This document shows, piece by piece, positions 21,697-30,108 of a DNA stretch of 36,374 nucleotides. The number at the start of each line of letters is the position of its first letter. Positions within the stretch are counted from its first letter, which is position 1. Position numbers and translations under genes: made by a program. The notes under the pieces were generated by a model, which ran no database searches, was not told where the DNA came from, and saw nothing but the letters and a program-made list of their open reading frames with translations. Where the stretch lies: the NCBI GenBank assembly GCA_032128875.1, contig JAVLKG010000022.1, positions 1 to 36,374 of the forward strand. Direction: 5' to 3'. The DNA is from Candidatus Melainabacteria bacterium 17Bon1m. GTDB taxonomy: Bacteria > Cyanobacteriota > Vampirovibrionia > Obscuribacterales > Obscuribacteraceae.

Positions 21697-22797
21697 CTAT
21701 TTATGCAGATTGGCATGAACATCACTATGCTTTCTAAAAATCGTCTTCTTATTTCGAAGTATGGCAATGGCTGCAATTGGTGTTCCTATTGCGATCACAG
21801 CTGCAGCGACAAATATTGAGGTTAGAATGAGCTGAATGAGTTTTCTCAGCTCAGTTAGCTGCCGATCGAGTTTTTCCAGTCTCTTGTCGACAGCAGTCAT
21901 CGGTTTCTCAAGCCGTAAAATTGGCGAAGCCAAATTAGCTATGGGTTTCCTCAATGACACAATTGGTTCTTTAAGCTCGTTGACTGGGTTTTTCAATGCA
22001 ACAATTGGCGCTTGTACTTCCTGAATTGCTTTTTCAACACTCTTTATTTCGTTACCCAGCCCCCCCAGCGAAGTTTGGATTATTCTGAGTCGACTATCCA
22101 CATGACCCAGATTTCCTTGAGTTCGGTTTAACTGTGTCTTCATCTCATTTATGGAGCCATGTAATACTCCGATATCTTTATGAATTGTGCCCAACTGGCT
22201 TTCGACCGGGTCGATTGCTGTGCTGATTGTTCCTATACCGGTCTGTACATTTGTGACGCCGCCTTGCAATTTATCCAACCGTCCTTCCAATGTTTGGAGA
22301 GATGATGGTAACCGCATAATTGGCGCAGTCAGTTTTACGATTTCCTGCTCCAGCCTGAGCGACTGCTTTTGAAGCTTTGTAACCGGCTCGAGAAGCATTT
22401 CAAAAGGGTTGATTTTCGAAATTGGATTGATTGCAGACAGCGGATTGAAGAATGAGAGGCCTTTCTTTTCCGCGCGAGATGGATCTTGTGCATTTTCAGG
22501 CAACTGCTCATCTCCATTCTCTTCCACAGAATCCACTTGAGCACGTCCGAGAACCTGCGGATCGGATTTAAGAGCCTGTGCAGAAGCAGAGCTGTCCATG
22601 AAATTGAAGGAAAGTAAGAACAGAAAGACAAGAGAAAGATTCGGTAGAACTCTTTCCTTTGGTTTACATCTGCCAGCTCGATTCAATGCAAATCTCATTT
22701 GCTTTTCTCCAATGCGGCTACAAATCTCTCTTTTGACGGACGCATTGCATACTTCATGGTTCCATGAAGTATAAACAGACTCATGGTAATCGAACAT
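21697..22797 (-). CDS. Exported coiled-coil protein with Pro-heptad repeats and a C-terminal membrane anchor
   Basis: Signal-like hydrophobic stretch, long heptad region, six P-x6 repeats, C-terminal TM then basic tail; the true start is probably downstream of 22797. Confidence 0.72.
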   Translation of the reverse strand: MFDYHESVYTSWNHEVCNASVKREICSRIGEKQMRFALNRAGRCKPKERVLPNLSLVFLFLLSFNFMDSSASAQALKSDPQVLGRAQVDSVEENGDEQLPENAQDPSRAEKKGLSFFNPLSAINPISKINPFEMLLEPVTKLQKQSLRLEQEIVKLTAPIMRLPSSLQTLEGRLDKLQGGVTNVQTGIGTISTAIDPVESQLGTIHKDIGVLHGSINEMKTQLNRTQGNLGHVDSRLRIIQTSLGGLGNEIKSVEKAIQEVQAPIVALKNPVNELKEPIVSLRKPIANLASPILRLEKPMTAVDKRLEKLDRQLTELRKLIQLILTSIFVAAAVIAIGTPIAAIAILRNKKTIFRKHSDVHANLHK

Positions 22798-22866
22798 ACT
22801 TCTGAATCTGTAGACTCAAATACGACACTAGAACTCAAAAACCTAACGCATTAGAACAAACAAATT

Positions 22867-24663
22867 TCATTTGTAGAAGTTCGTGTGGTCGTTGAGCCGG
22901 CTGGCTTTCGGTATTCCGCGCCAACGCTCGAAAGCTCTCCTGGCGTCATTGAGAGCCAAGTAAAACAAAGCTTCTCTTCCCACTGGCAGGCTCTCGTTTT
23001 TCACAAGCCAGTTTATCCGTCCTACTAATCCGTCGGCCTGCTGTGGTGTGATTCCAACCGAATGCAATTCTTGCCGACCTACAGCGGTCGAAAAGCGGCT
23101 CTGAATACCTTTCAGATAATCCAAGGTCTGTCCATCAAATCGCTTTCCGGCAATACTGCTGTAGAGGTGCGCATTTACCTTGTCATAGCCTTGTCTGACC
23201 CCAGGGGTGGCGGTCAGATCGAGAACGGTCACAGCCGGCCTCAAGCTGTCACCCAGGTCAATATTGCGCACTTGCGATGAGTCTCCTTTCTTCTGATTTA
23301 CAGTCATATTTAACGCATGATTGTCCCATTCACCCATGATCAAGCGGTGCATCCATGCATTCGAATAACTGTCACTAAAAGACTTATCGTCAGCCATCAA
23401 CTTTTGCAGCCCCTTAGCGGAAATTTGCGAATTTGTCGCAGTCAGCTTTTCTTTTGCAAATGCAAATAGACTATTGCCCTCCATCTCCTGTATGTATCCC
23501 GAACGAATACTGCCTTCAATTTCAACTCCCCGCGCAACAGTAGTTGGCACAGCCATCTTGACGCCTAATGTTTGAAGTCCGTAGGCTGCAATTTCTGACT
23601 GCATCCGATGAGCAAACGACTCACTGCCATCGTCCGGCCTGAACACTGATCGAATTCGCCGTCCATCGTTGGTATGAATCCAGCCGACCCAAGTTTCGGT
23701 GGTAAGCGCCGGCAGCTTCTTCTCCAACTCAAATTTTCCATCGCGCAGTGCAAGCTGCTCGCGATCGACGATTATTCCTCGTTGAAAGTCAGTCGAGCGA
23801 GCCTCTTGCACTGATAGCCTGTTGTCTGCAGAAGCATTGCTCAACTTCATATGCCTGTACGACTGGTGTCCTCCAATACCACCAGCCATTCCGTCAAAAG
23901 CGCTTCTGATCAGGCTCCTACGCAGCAGCTGCCCGGAATCAAATGAACCTGTCGATATCTGCCTCTGCAACTGATTACCGAACTCACTCGTAAAGCCCAT
24001 AGCAGCCCCGGATATCGAGTGAGTAATCTCAGGTCTATACCAAGCGGCGCCTCGCGAGCGATTCATTATTCTTGCCCAGAGTATATCTGAGGCACCAAAG
24101 GTAATGGCATCGACAGCCAAAGCACCTGGATGAAAACCAGCAATAAGAGCCGTTTTTAGTGCGTGCTCTAGAGAAAAAGTGTCATCTTTTTCAAAATAGT
24201 TAGCTCGTGAAAGGGCAGCGTCTGAAAGCCTGGAGGAAATACCAATTCCTACTCCGGTCATGCCTGGAGTAGCTCCGGCCCGTCCAAAAACCTTAAAAGT
24301 GCCTTTGAGAATCAAACCCTTAGCGCAGCCGAGTCCTGCATCAAGAGACTGGTTTCGCAAGCTATCGGCGACTTTAACCTCATCGGCGGCGCTGGCGGCA
24401 ATTAGTGTCAAAAACGCGACTCTTCCCCTTGCGAAAAGAGGAAGCGCTTTGATAAATCCTGCCGCATAGTCGCCCAATTCAAGCGCGGACTCGCTGTCAC
24501 TCAGCAATAAGCGGCCGACAGGATCAAAGACTCGGTGCGCTGCAAAATTAAGCCAGCTTTGGTCTCTTTCTACACCAGGATCTAGCTTATTTCCCTCGCC
24601 AGCAAAGATGAGCCCGTGCTCAACGGGTCCATCTTTGCCTTCGCCAGACATTGGAAACGGCAT
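22867..24663 (-). CDS. Hypothetical protein with a C-terminal PI3/4-kinase/HipA-like atypical kinase fold
   Basis: 598 aa; VFRP...SEIAAY...VPTT...GYIQ...WDNHALN...NIDLG motif order; Gly/Ala-rich N-terminal half. Confidence 0.65.
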   Translation of the reverse strand: MPFPMSGEGKDGPVEHGLIFAGEGNKLDPGVERDQSWLNFAAHRVFDPVGRLLLSDSESALELGDYAAGFIKALPLFARGRVAFLTLIAASAADEVKVADSLRNQSLDAGLGCAKGLILKGTFKVFGRAGATPGMTGVGIGISSRLSDAALSRANYFEKDDTFSLEHALKTALIAGFHPGALAVDAITFGASDILWARIMNRSRGAAWYRPEITHSISGAAMGFTSEFGNQLQRQISTGSFDSGQLLRRSLIRSAFDGMAGGIGGHQSYRHMKLSNASADNRLSVQEARSTDFQRGIIVDREQLALRDGKFELEKKLPALTTETWVGWIHTNDGRRIRSVFRPDDGSESFAHRMQSEIAAYGLQTLGVKMAVPTTVARGVEIEGSIRSGYIQEMEGNSLFAFAKEKLTATNSQISAKGLQKLMADDKSFSDSYSNAWMHRLIMGEWDNHALNMTVNQKKGDSSQVRNIDLGDSLRPAVTVLDLTATPGVRQGYDKVNAHLYSSIAGKRFDGQTLDYLKGIQSRFSTAVGRQELHSVGITPQQADGLVGRINWLVKNESLPVGREALFYLALNDARRAFERWRGIPKASRLNDHTNFYK

Positions 24664-24757
24664 GCATGATCCTGATTAGTTGAAATAACAGCGGTGGCTT
24701 TGGAGCAGAAGCAGAAGAGGCAACAAGGCTTCATAAGGAGGACCACCGCATGCAACA

Positions 24758-24789
24758 AGAATAGACAACAGTCCTTTCCGTATTCTTTC
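24758..24789 (-). promoter_or_regulatory. Direct-repeat box 5 plus -10 for the kinase-like gene
   Basis: Minus strand GAAAG-AATACG-GAAAG (24789-24774), 10-nt spacer, TATTCT (24763-24758). Confidence 0.62.
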
Positions 24790-24965
24790 CGCAATGATAG
24801 CTTCCAAATTCTCAACTGAGCGTCACTCGGCTCACTCTGCGGGTTATCACACTTTGCATAACACAATACAAGGAGGAAACTCGGCAGGCAAAGTGGATTT
24901 TTTTCTCGAGACTCCCAAAATCTGTAGTTAAATGTAACTGTAGGTATCTGACAGTGGTTATTTGC

Positions 24966-25592
24966 ATGAGCAACTCCAAACAGCCCTGGAGAGTCAACAG
25001 CGGAATGATGGCCCGTTTGACAGGAACATTTCGCGCTCATACTCCCACGCCACACGAAGCGATTGTTTATGCGGATCCATCAGCATCCGCAATTGCTGAT
25101 TTCCTCCAAACTAGAGATTTGATTTTCCATTCTTGCGCCGAATCTTTTAGATTGCAAAAACCAATCAGCCTACTGGTCGTAACCATCGATGAATTCAAAG
25201 CTTTCGAAGCGAACTTTGGAAAAGATGCAGCGGCAAAAGCGAAGGCGTTCATTGAAGAGACGATGTGCCATCACACAAATCTGATTTTCGGACCAAGTAG
25301 TGGGGTTGTAGTCGGTCATTATGTAGAAAGTCGCTATCTAGTATTGCTGCCGGGAATACCTGGTTCCATTGCTACAGAATTTGCTGAATACCTACGGAAT
25401 GCAATTGTTTCAAGTGAATTCGTTTGGAACTTTCGCCCGCTCCATTTCACAGTCAGCATTGGCATTTCACACAAGCCAGGGCATAATGGCGATCAAGACA
25501 TGTTAATTCTTCAAGCCGATCAAGCATGTGACCAAGTTACAGTTCTCGGTGGCAACAGGATTGCTGTGGCAAGATTTACTCAAACAACTTAG
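24966..25592 (+). CDS. Degenerate GGDEF-domain protein
   Basis: LLVVTIDEFK, FTVSIGIS, LQADQA...GGNRI flank the domain; the GG[D/E]EF site is replaced by HYVESRY. Confidence 0.8.
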   Translation: MSNSKQPWRVNSGMMARLTGTFRAHTPTPHEAIVYADPSASAIADFLQTRDLIFHSCAESFRLQKPISLLVVTIDEFKAFEANFGKDAAAKAKAFIEETMCHHTNLIFGPSSGVVVGHYVESRYLVLLPGIPGSIATEFAEYLRNAIVSSEFVWNFRPLHFTVSIGISHKPGHNGDQDMLILQADQACDQVTVLGGNRIAVARFTQTT

Positions 25593-25603
25593 AAAAGGTT
25601 TTC

Positions 25604-25634
25604 GAAAGAAATGAGAAAGAACGGTGCCTATAAT
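25604..25634 (+). promoter_or_regulatory. Direct-repeat box 6 plus -10 for the KaiB-like gene
   Basis: GAAAG-AAATGA-GAAAG (extra half-site AAAAG at 25593), 9-nt spacer, perfect TATAAT at 25629-25634. Confidence 0.65.
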
Positions 25635-25694
25635 CAAGGTTGCTAGTTTTTCTCTCTGTGCTTACAGCCGCAAGCACTCTTCTGAAGTCAGACA

Positions 25695-25985
25695 TTGAAT
25701 CCTAAAATCAAATTGACACTTTTTATTCGCCAGGGCGAATCAAGACAAGCGTTGACACGCCTGTACAAGGCTCTGGAATTTCACTCTTTCAACGACTACG
25801 AACTGGCGATTATTGACATTGGGCAGGATCCAAAATCGAGCGAATATTATGGTATCGGCAACACTCCGGCTCTTTTGAAACACTTGGACCGTGGCGACGT
25901 GCACTATGACGGCGACTTCAATGATTTTGAGAAGATGCGACAATTATTCGGTTTCAATGTTTTTACCTCAGGTCTTCAGCAATAG
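25695..25985 (+). CDS. KaiB-like protein
   Basis: 96 aa; LTLFI...SRQAL...YELAIIDI...P...E...I.NTPALLK...GDFND follows the KaiB pattern (LKLYV..SVRAL..YALKVIDV..P.LAE..I.ATPTL.K..GDLSD); TTG start. Confidence 0.75.
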   Translation: MNPKIKLTLFIRQGESRQALTRLYKALEFHSFNDYELAIIDIGQDPKSSEYYGIGNTPALLKHLDRGDVHYDGDFNDFEKMRQLFGFNVFTSGLQQ

Positions 25986-26070
25986 GGCCTATCCAAACTC
26001 TACGCCAGGCCCAAAACTCCTTCGTTACTGCAAAAAAATGAAGGAATTTCAATTTATCCGCAGTGACTTC

Positions 26071-26102
26071 GAAAAGTTGACGAAATTTTCGCGATCTAGA
26101 GT
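26071..26102 (+). promoter_or_regulatory. Direct-repeat box 7 (variant) plus -10
   Basis: GAAAA-GTTGAC-GAAAT, 10-nt spacer, TAGAGT; shares the 13-mer GAAATTTTCGCGA with the site at 30803. Confidence 0.5.
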
Positions 26103-26142
26103 GCAAGATCTGTTTTTAGATCTGCATTCGGCGAGACGAGTT

Positions 26143-26466
26143 ATGTCAAAGACAAAATTGAAGGAATCTTCGCTGCGCTTTTTGAACCTGCTAAAACTGA
26201 GCATAATCTCTTTCATCAGTATGGGAATTCTCATCGGTTATCACGGTGCCCCTTTGATAAATTCTCTGATAGGCGTTTTTTGGTTTGTTTTCGCAGTAAC
26301 CTCAGGCATGGTGATAATCGCTGCACTCACAAATGAGTCTGACGAAGCCAACTTCATCGAGCTAGATACAAGTACTTCAGACTTTCCGCACTGCTGCGAT
26401 CACGCATTGGAGGGAAAGAAAACCATACGTGCAGAACGTCGCCAAAAGGTCCCAGGCTCAGCTTAA
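26143..26466 (+). CDS. Small two-TM hypothetical protein
   Basis: ATG 26143, in frame with ORF 25891..26466 and downstream of box 7; two hydrophobic helices. Confidence 0.55.
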   Translation: MSKTKLKESSLRFLNLLKLSIISFISMGILIGYHGAPLINSLIGVFWFVFAVTSGMVIIAALTNESDEANFIELDTSTSDFPHCCDHALEGKKTIRAERRQKVPGSA

Positions 26467-26499
26467 ACTTGCGATGGCTCTTTTGGTTTTCTTTCCAAA

Positions 26500-27894
26500 C
26501 TACGAAACTTGGAGAATATCTTGGTTTTGCGGAAAAGTGACTTTTACCAGAGTGCCCCTTTCTCCATGTGGATCTAATAGCTCCACTGTAGCTTTATGAG
26601 ATTGGGCAATTTCCTTGACGATCGCCAAACCAAGTCCTGTTCCATTTACGCGAGTGCCAAGAACCCGATAAAAGCGCTCGAACACCCTTTGACGTTCCAT
26701 ACTTGGTATTCCCGGTCCATTGTCTTGCACAATTACAACTGGCGGTGGACCGGCTTTGACAGTCACATTGACCACGCCTCCTTCTGGCGCATACACAACG
26801 GCATTGTTGACGATATTAGTGAGCATCTCTCTAAGTTCTGACTTGTTGCCGCAGACAATACTCTTGCGAGATGATGGTTGAAAAAAAAGCTCTACACGCT
26901 TATTTGCAGCCTGCCTGATCAGCTCAGAAGTTACTTCTGAGGACAAATCATTCAAATCGACCAGGTCGAACTGCTTGGCACTTCTCTCGGATGCTCGAGC
27001 TAAGATCAAAAGACCTCCTACCAACTCAGCAATGCGATCCGTTCCGGAGTCGAGTTGACTGAGAACTTCGACGTAATCACTGTTGTCTTTAGCAATACGC
27101 CGTCCATACTCGATATAAGCACGCAAGCCTGCTACCGGTGTTCTCAGCTGGTGAGCAGCGTTCGAGACAAAACGCTTCTGTTCCTCAATGTGACTATCAA
27201 TTCTGTCAAACAACGAATTGATCGCCTCTATGAAAGGGATCATCTCTCTGGGCGGGTTTTTCATGTCGATATGCTTGAGATCGGATTGAGAACGCATTCG
27301 AACCTGGGAACTTAGATCATTCATCGGCTTAAGGCCATCTTTCACGCCGTAGCGCACGCAGGCAATGCTTAGAAATCCCAGAAAAATTTGTGGTATGACA
27401 ATACTCAAAAAAATTCGATGAATCAGCTCATTACGTGCATTCAGTGTACGAGCAACTTGCACGATAACTATCCTTGAATCATCTTCGTGAAGCGGAACTC
27501 TGATGCGAGCTATACGAACCTTGCGAGAGTTGACCACCGCATTCCTGTAACTCGGCACATCCGTGTTAACGTCATTCTGAGGCATTGGCAAAAGCGCATC
27601 ACCAGCCACTCTCTCTTTCTGGGGAGTAAGAACCTGATAGAAAAACTCGTCTGTATCGTTGTGTCGAAGAACTTCTTGGACAGCAGTGGGAAGCTCCGCC
27701 ACCAAGCCATGCTCATCCTTGGAAAGTCTAGCCGCTACAGCGTGAGCAGCGTTGAGCAGTTCTTTGTCATAAGCGTCATTGGCAAACCAGGCGGCTAAAT
27801 TGTATGCAACAAGCGCCGTCAGCACAAACATTATACAAAGAGGCACTAATAGCACTCGAAGGAGTTTGTTGCTAATAGAGTTAGGAGCAGTCAA
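26500..27894 (-). CDS. Sensor histidine kinase (TctE/QseC-like), orphan paralog
   Basis: YDKELLNAA, SNAAHQLRTPVAGL, NIVNNA, DNGPGIP, FERFYRVLG, GTGLGL; TTG start. Confidence 0.92.
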   Translation of the reverse strand: MTAPNSISNKLLRVLLVPLCIMFVLTALVAYNLAAWFANDAYDKELLNAAHAVAARLSKDEHGLVAELPTAVQEVLRHNDTDEFFYQVLTPQKERVAGDALLPMPQNDVNTDVPSYRNAVVNSRKVRIARIRVPLHEDDSRIVIVQVARTLNARNELIHRIFLSIVIPQIFLGFLSIACVRYGVKDGLKPMNDLSSQVRMRSQSDLKHIDMKNPPREMIPFIEAINSLFDRIDSHIEEQKRFVSNAAHQLRTPVAGLRAYIEYGRRIAKDNSDYVEVLSQLDSGTDRIAELVGGLLILARASERSAKQFDLVDLNDLSSEVTSELIRQAANKRVELFFQPSSRKSIVCGNKSELREMLTNIVNNAVVYAPEGGVVNVTVKAGPPPVVIVQDNGPGIPSMERQRVFERFYRVLGTRVNGTGLGLAIVKEIAQSHKATVELLDPHGERGTLVKVTFPQNQDILQVS

Positions 27895-27950
27895 TTTACG
27901 GCATACCCTGGATTGCGAATTGCCTTGATTTGGAAACGGCTAATAACAGT
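27891..27950 (-). pseudogene. Possible remnant of a response-regulator C-terminus
   Basis: Reads ...FQIKAIRNPGYAVN* with the TGA overlapping the kinase TTG; compare LTIKTSRGLGYRLEVCN* and IINTVRGFGYII of the intact regulators. Confidence 0.35.
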
Positions 27951-28074
27951 TGATCACTACAGATGACGAGATCAATAGAATTCGTATTCATGAATACTCT
28001 TACTTCTTATCATACGAGCAAAACACGCTTGTGATCGAGCATCAGGTAAATTGACAGATAAAAAAATGCAATGG

Positions 28075-28110
28075 CAAAACAGAAAAGGAGAAGTCAGTTG
28101 ATTTCTCCTT
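28075..28110 (-). terminator. Candidate terminator hairpin
   Basis: Stem AAGGAGAAGTC/GATTTCTCCTT (28085-28110) with T-rich runs on both strands, downstream of the secreted-protein gene. Confidence 0.5.
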
Positions 28111-28147
28111 CTCCTTTTTATCGCCGAGAGCAACTTTGAAATACTTA

Positions 28148-28576
28148 CTATTTAGTCTTACCGGAATCCTTTGTCTTTTCACTCTCTTTTTTTGCATCAT
28201 CCGCACTCGCAGAAGTCGAAGCTGCCGATTCCTTTGCTGCCGTAGAATTGGTGGCGGCAACAGTGTTTGTTGTTGTAGAACTTCCAGCCGGAGCCTCCGG
28301 CTTGGCTTCAGCTTTGGCGCCGTCTTTGACATTAGGAGAAGGACTAGGGGCAGTAGCAGCCTGCGATGCCTTGCTGTCTGCCGGTGGTTTTGCAGTAGAA
28401 TCTTTTGTGTTTGAGTCCGCAGCAACGACTTTTGATTCTGCACTTTCAGCCGCACTTTTCTGTGTGGTTTTTTCTTGTGTGGTTGATGTAGGCTGGCTGC
28501 CAGAGACGTCGGCGGCCAGGGCTGGATAAGCCGTAGAAATTAGAAAGGCGACAAGAGCAATTGATGAAGATTTCAT
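28148..28576 (-). CDS. Secreted low-complexity Ala/Ser/Thr/Lys-rich protein
   Basis: GGAGGAG RBS, ATG 28576, signal peptide MKSSSIALVAFLISTAYPALA, disordered-looking mature part (142 aa total). Confidence 0.82.
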   Translation of the reverse strand: MKSSSIALVAFLISTAYPALAADVSGSQPTSTTQEKTTQKSAAESAESKVVAADSNTKDSTAKPPADSKASQAATAPSPSPNVKDGAKAEAKPEAPAGSSTTTNTVAATNSTAAKESAASTSASADDAKKESEKTKDSGKTK

Positions 28577-28607
28577 CCAGACTCCTCCAAAGGTTTTTAA
28601 CCGAGTC

Positions 28608-28639
28608 ACTCTAACAATCACTTCTTTCGGCATTCTTTC
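28608..28639 (-). promoter_or_regulatory. Direct-repeat box 8 plus -10 for the secreted protein
   Basis: Minus strand GAAAG-AATGCC-GAAAG (28639-28624), 10-nt spacer ending TGT, then TAGAGT (28613-28608). Confidence 0.62.
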
Positions 28640-28680
28640 CAGGAATGTAATTTTTGACGGACGCAAAGAAATTGCTTCAA

Positions 28681-30108
28681 TCAACCCTTTTGCTTTGCCA
28701 CAGGTGCATTCCTCTTGTTGATGCATGGAAACGTAACAATTACAGTGGTTCCTTTTCCGGTTGTAGAATCAGAAATCTCGACCGTCGCTTTGTGCGCGAG
28801 AGCTATCTCTTTTACAATAGGAAGGCCAAGACCGCTTCCCTGTGCGCTTGTACCTAAGACTCTATAGAAGCGTTCAAAGACCTTCTCTCTTTCACTTTCT
28901 GGAATTCCTGGCCCATTATCCTGAATTGTCAATCGTACAGCGTCACCATTCGTCACTCTAACACTGACGTTGCCACCTTCCTGCGTATAGATAATGGCAT
29001 TTTCAATGAGATTGGAAGTTAATTCAGCTAGATCTGAAAGCTCTCCGTTAACCATTGCTGGCTTCTCCGAACCGATGAACGACAACTCCGTTCCTCTGGG
29101 CAATGCTTCCGGAACAAAATCAGCGGTCATTTCGGAGGCTATGAAATTCAAATCAACAGGCTGGTGGCTAATATCATTAGTATGAGGTTCTGCTTTTGCA
29201 AGAACCAAGAGCTTATTTGACAGATGAGTCAATCGATCAACACCTGATTCGATTTTTGCTAGCATCTCTGTCATGCGCGCATCAGCTGGCAGTCGCTTAG
29301 CAGCGTAGATATAGGTCTTAATACCTGCCAAAGGAGTACGGAACTGGTGCGCGGCATTTGTAACAAAACGCTGTTGCTGATCGATATCCTGTCGGAGCTT
29401 TTCTAAAAGTGCGTTCAAGGCATCAATCAAAGGCTTTATTTCGATTGGTGTGTTATTCGAACGAACAGGAGAAAGATCATGCTGCGATCTCAAGGAAAGC
29501 TCTCTTTCTAAAACCACCAGCGGTATCAGCCCTCGCTTGACTCCGTATGAGACGCACAAGGCACCAAAGATGATCATGAAGACCTGAGGGATAACAATAC
29601 TAAGCAGAATCTGATGAAACATTTCATGCAGGGCATTCAAAGTTTGCGCAACTTGTACCATAACCACCTGCTCTTCATTGCCGCCAAGATTTGCTTTTAC
29701 TCTTACAATACGAACATCTTCACCATTGAGTTTCGCAAATCTAAATGAAGGAACGGGTGAATCAAAGCGCCGAACCGGTTTTGGCAAAAATGCATCGCCC
29801 GAGATACGCGTTCCGTCCGGCTTAAGTACCTGATAGTAAATTTTGTCTCTGTAGTTATGTCTTAGAATCGCTTGTGCTGCTGGTGGCATGTCAATCCAAA
29901 TCTTCACAGGATCTGATCGAAGGCGAGCAATTATTGAATCAGCAGAATTCAACAATTCACGATCAAATGTCTTATTCGCAAAATGCTCAGCTAGAAAATA
30001 GGCTCCACATGCAGTTAAGAGCCATACACCACATAAAGGCAAAAGCAAAAAGAAAAGCAATTGTGATTTCAGCGATCGCTCAATTACAGACTTCAAGACG
30101 GTATCCAA
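28681..30108 (-). CDS. Sensor histidine kinase (TctE/QseC-like)
   Basis: FDRELLNSADS, TNAAHQFRTPLAGI, NLIENA, DNGPGIP, FERFYRVLG, GSGLGL; overlaps the 3' end of the regulator. Confidence 0.93.
   Translation of the reverse strand: MDTVLKSVIERSLKSQLLFFLLLPLCGVWLLTACGAYFLAEHFANKTFDRELLNSADSIIARLRSDPVKIWIDMPPAAQAILRHNYRDKIYYQVLKPDGTRISGDAFLPKPVRRFDSPVPSFRFAKLNGEDVRIVRVKANLGGNEEQVVMVQVAQTLNALHEMFHQILLSIVIPQVFMIIFGALCVSYGVKRGLIPLVVLERELSLRSQHDLSPVRSNNTPIEIKPLIDALNALLEKLRQDIDQQQRFVTNAAHQFRTPLAGIKTYIYAAKRLPADARMTEMLAKIESGVDRLTHLSNKLLVLAKAEPHTNDISHQPVDLNFIASEMTADFVPEALPRGTELSFIGSEKPAMVNGELSDLAELTSNLIENAIIYTQEGGNVSVRVTNGDAVRLTIQDNGPGIPESEREKVFERFYRVLGTSAQGSGLGLPIVKEIALAHKATVEISDSTTGKGTTVIVTFPCINKRNAPVAKQKG

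Noticed and set aside
28042-28529. Alternative-frame ORFs overlapping the secreted low-complexity gene
   Set aside because: By-products of low-complexity sequence; only the 28576 frame has an RBS and signal peptide.
30072-30079. HIP1 octamer GCGATCGC
   Set aside because: Isolated occurrence; no enrichment noticed in the window.
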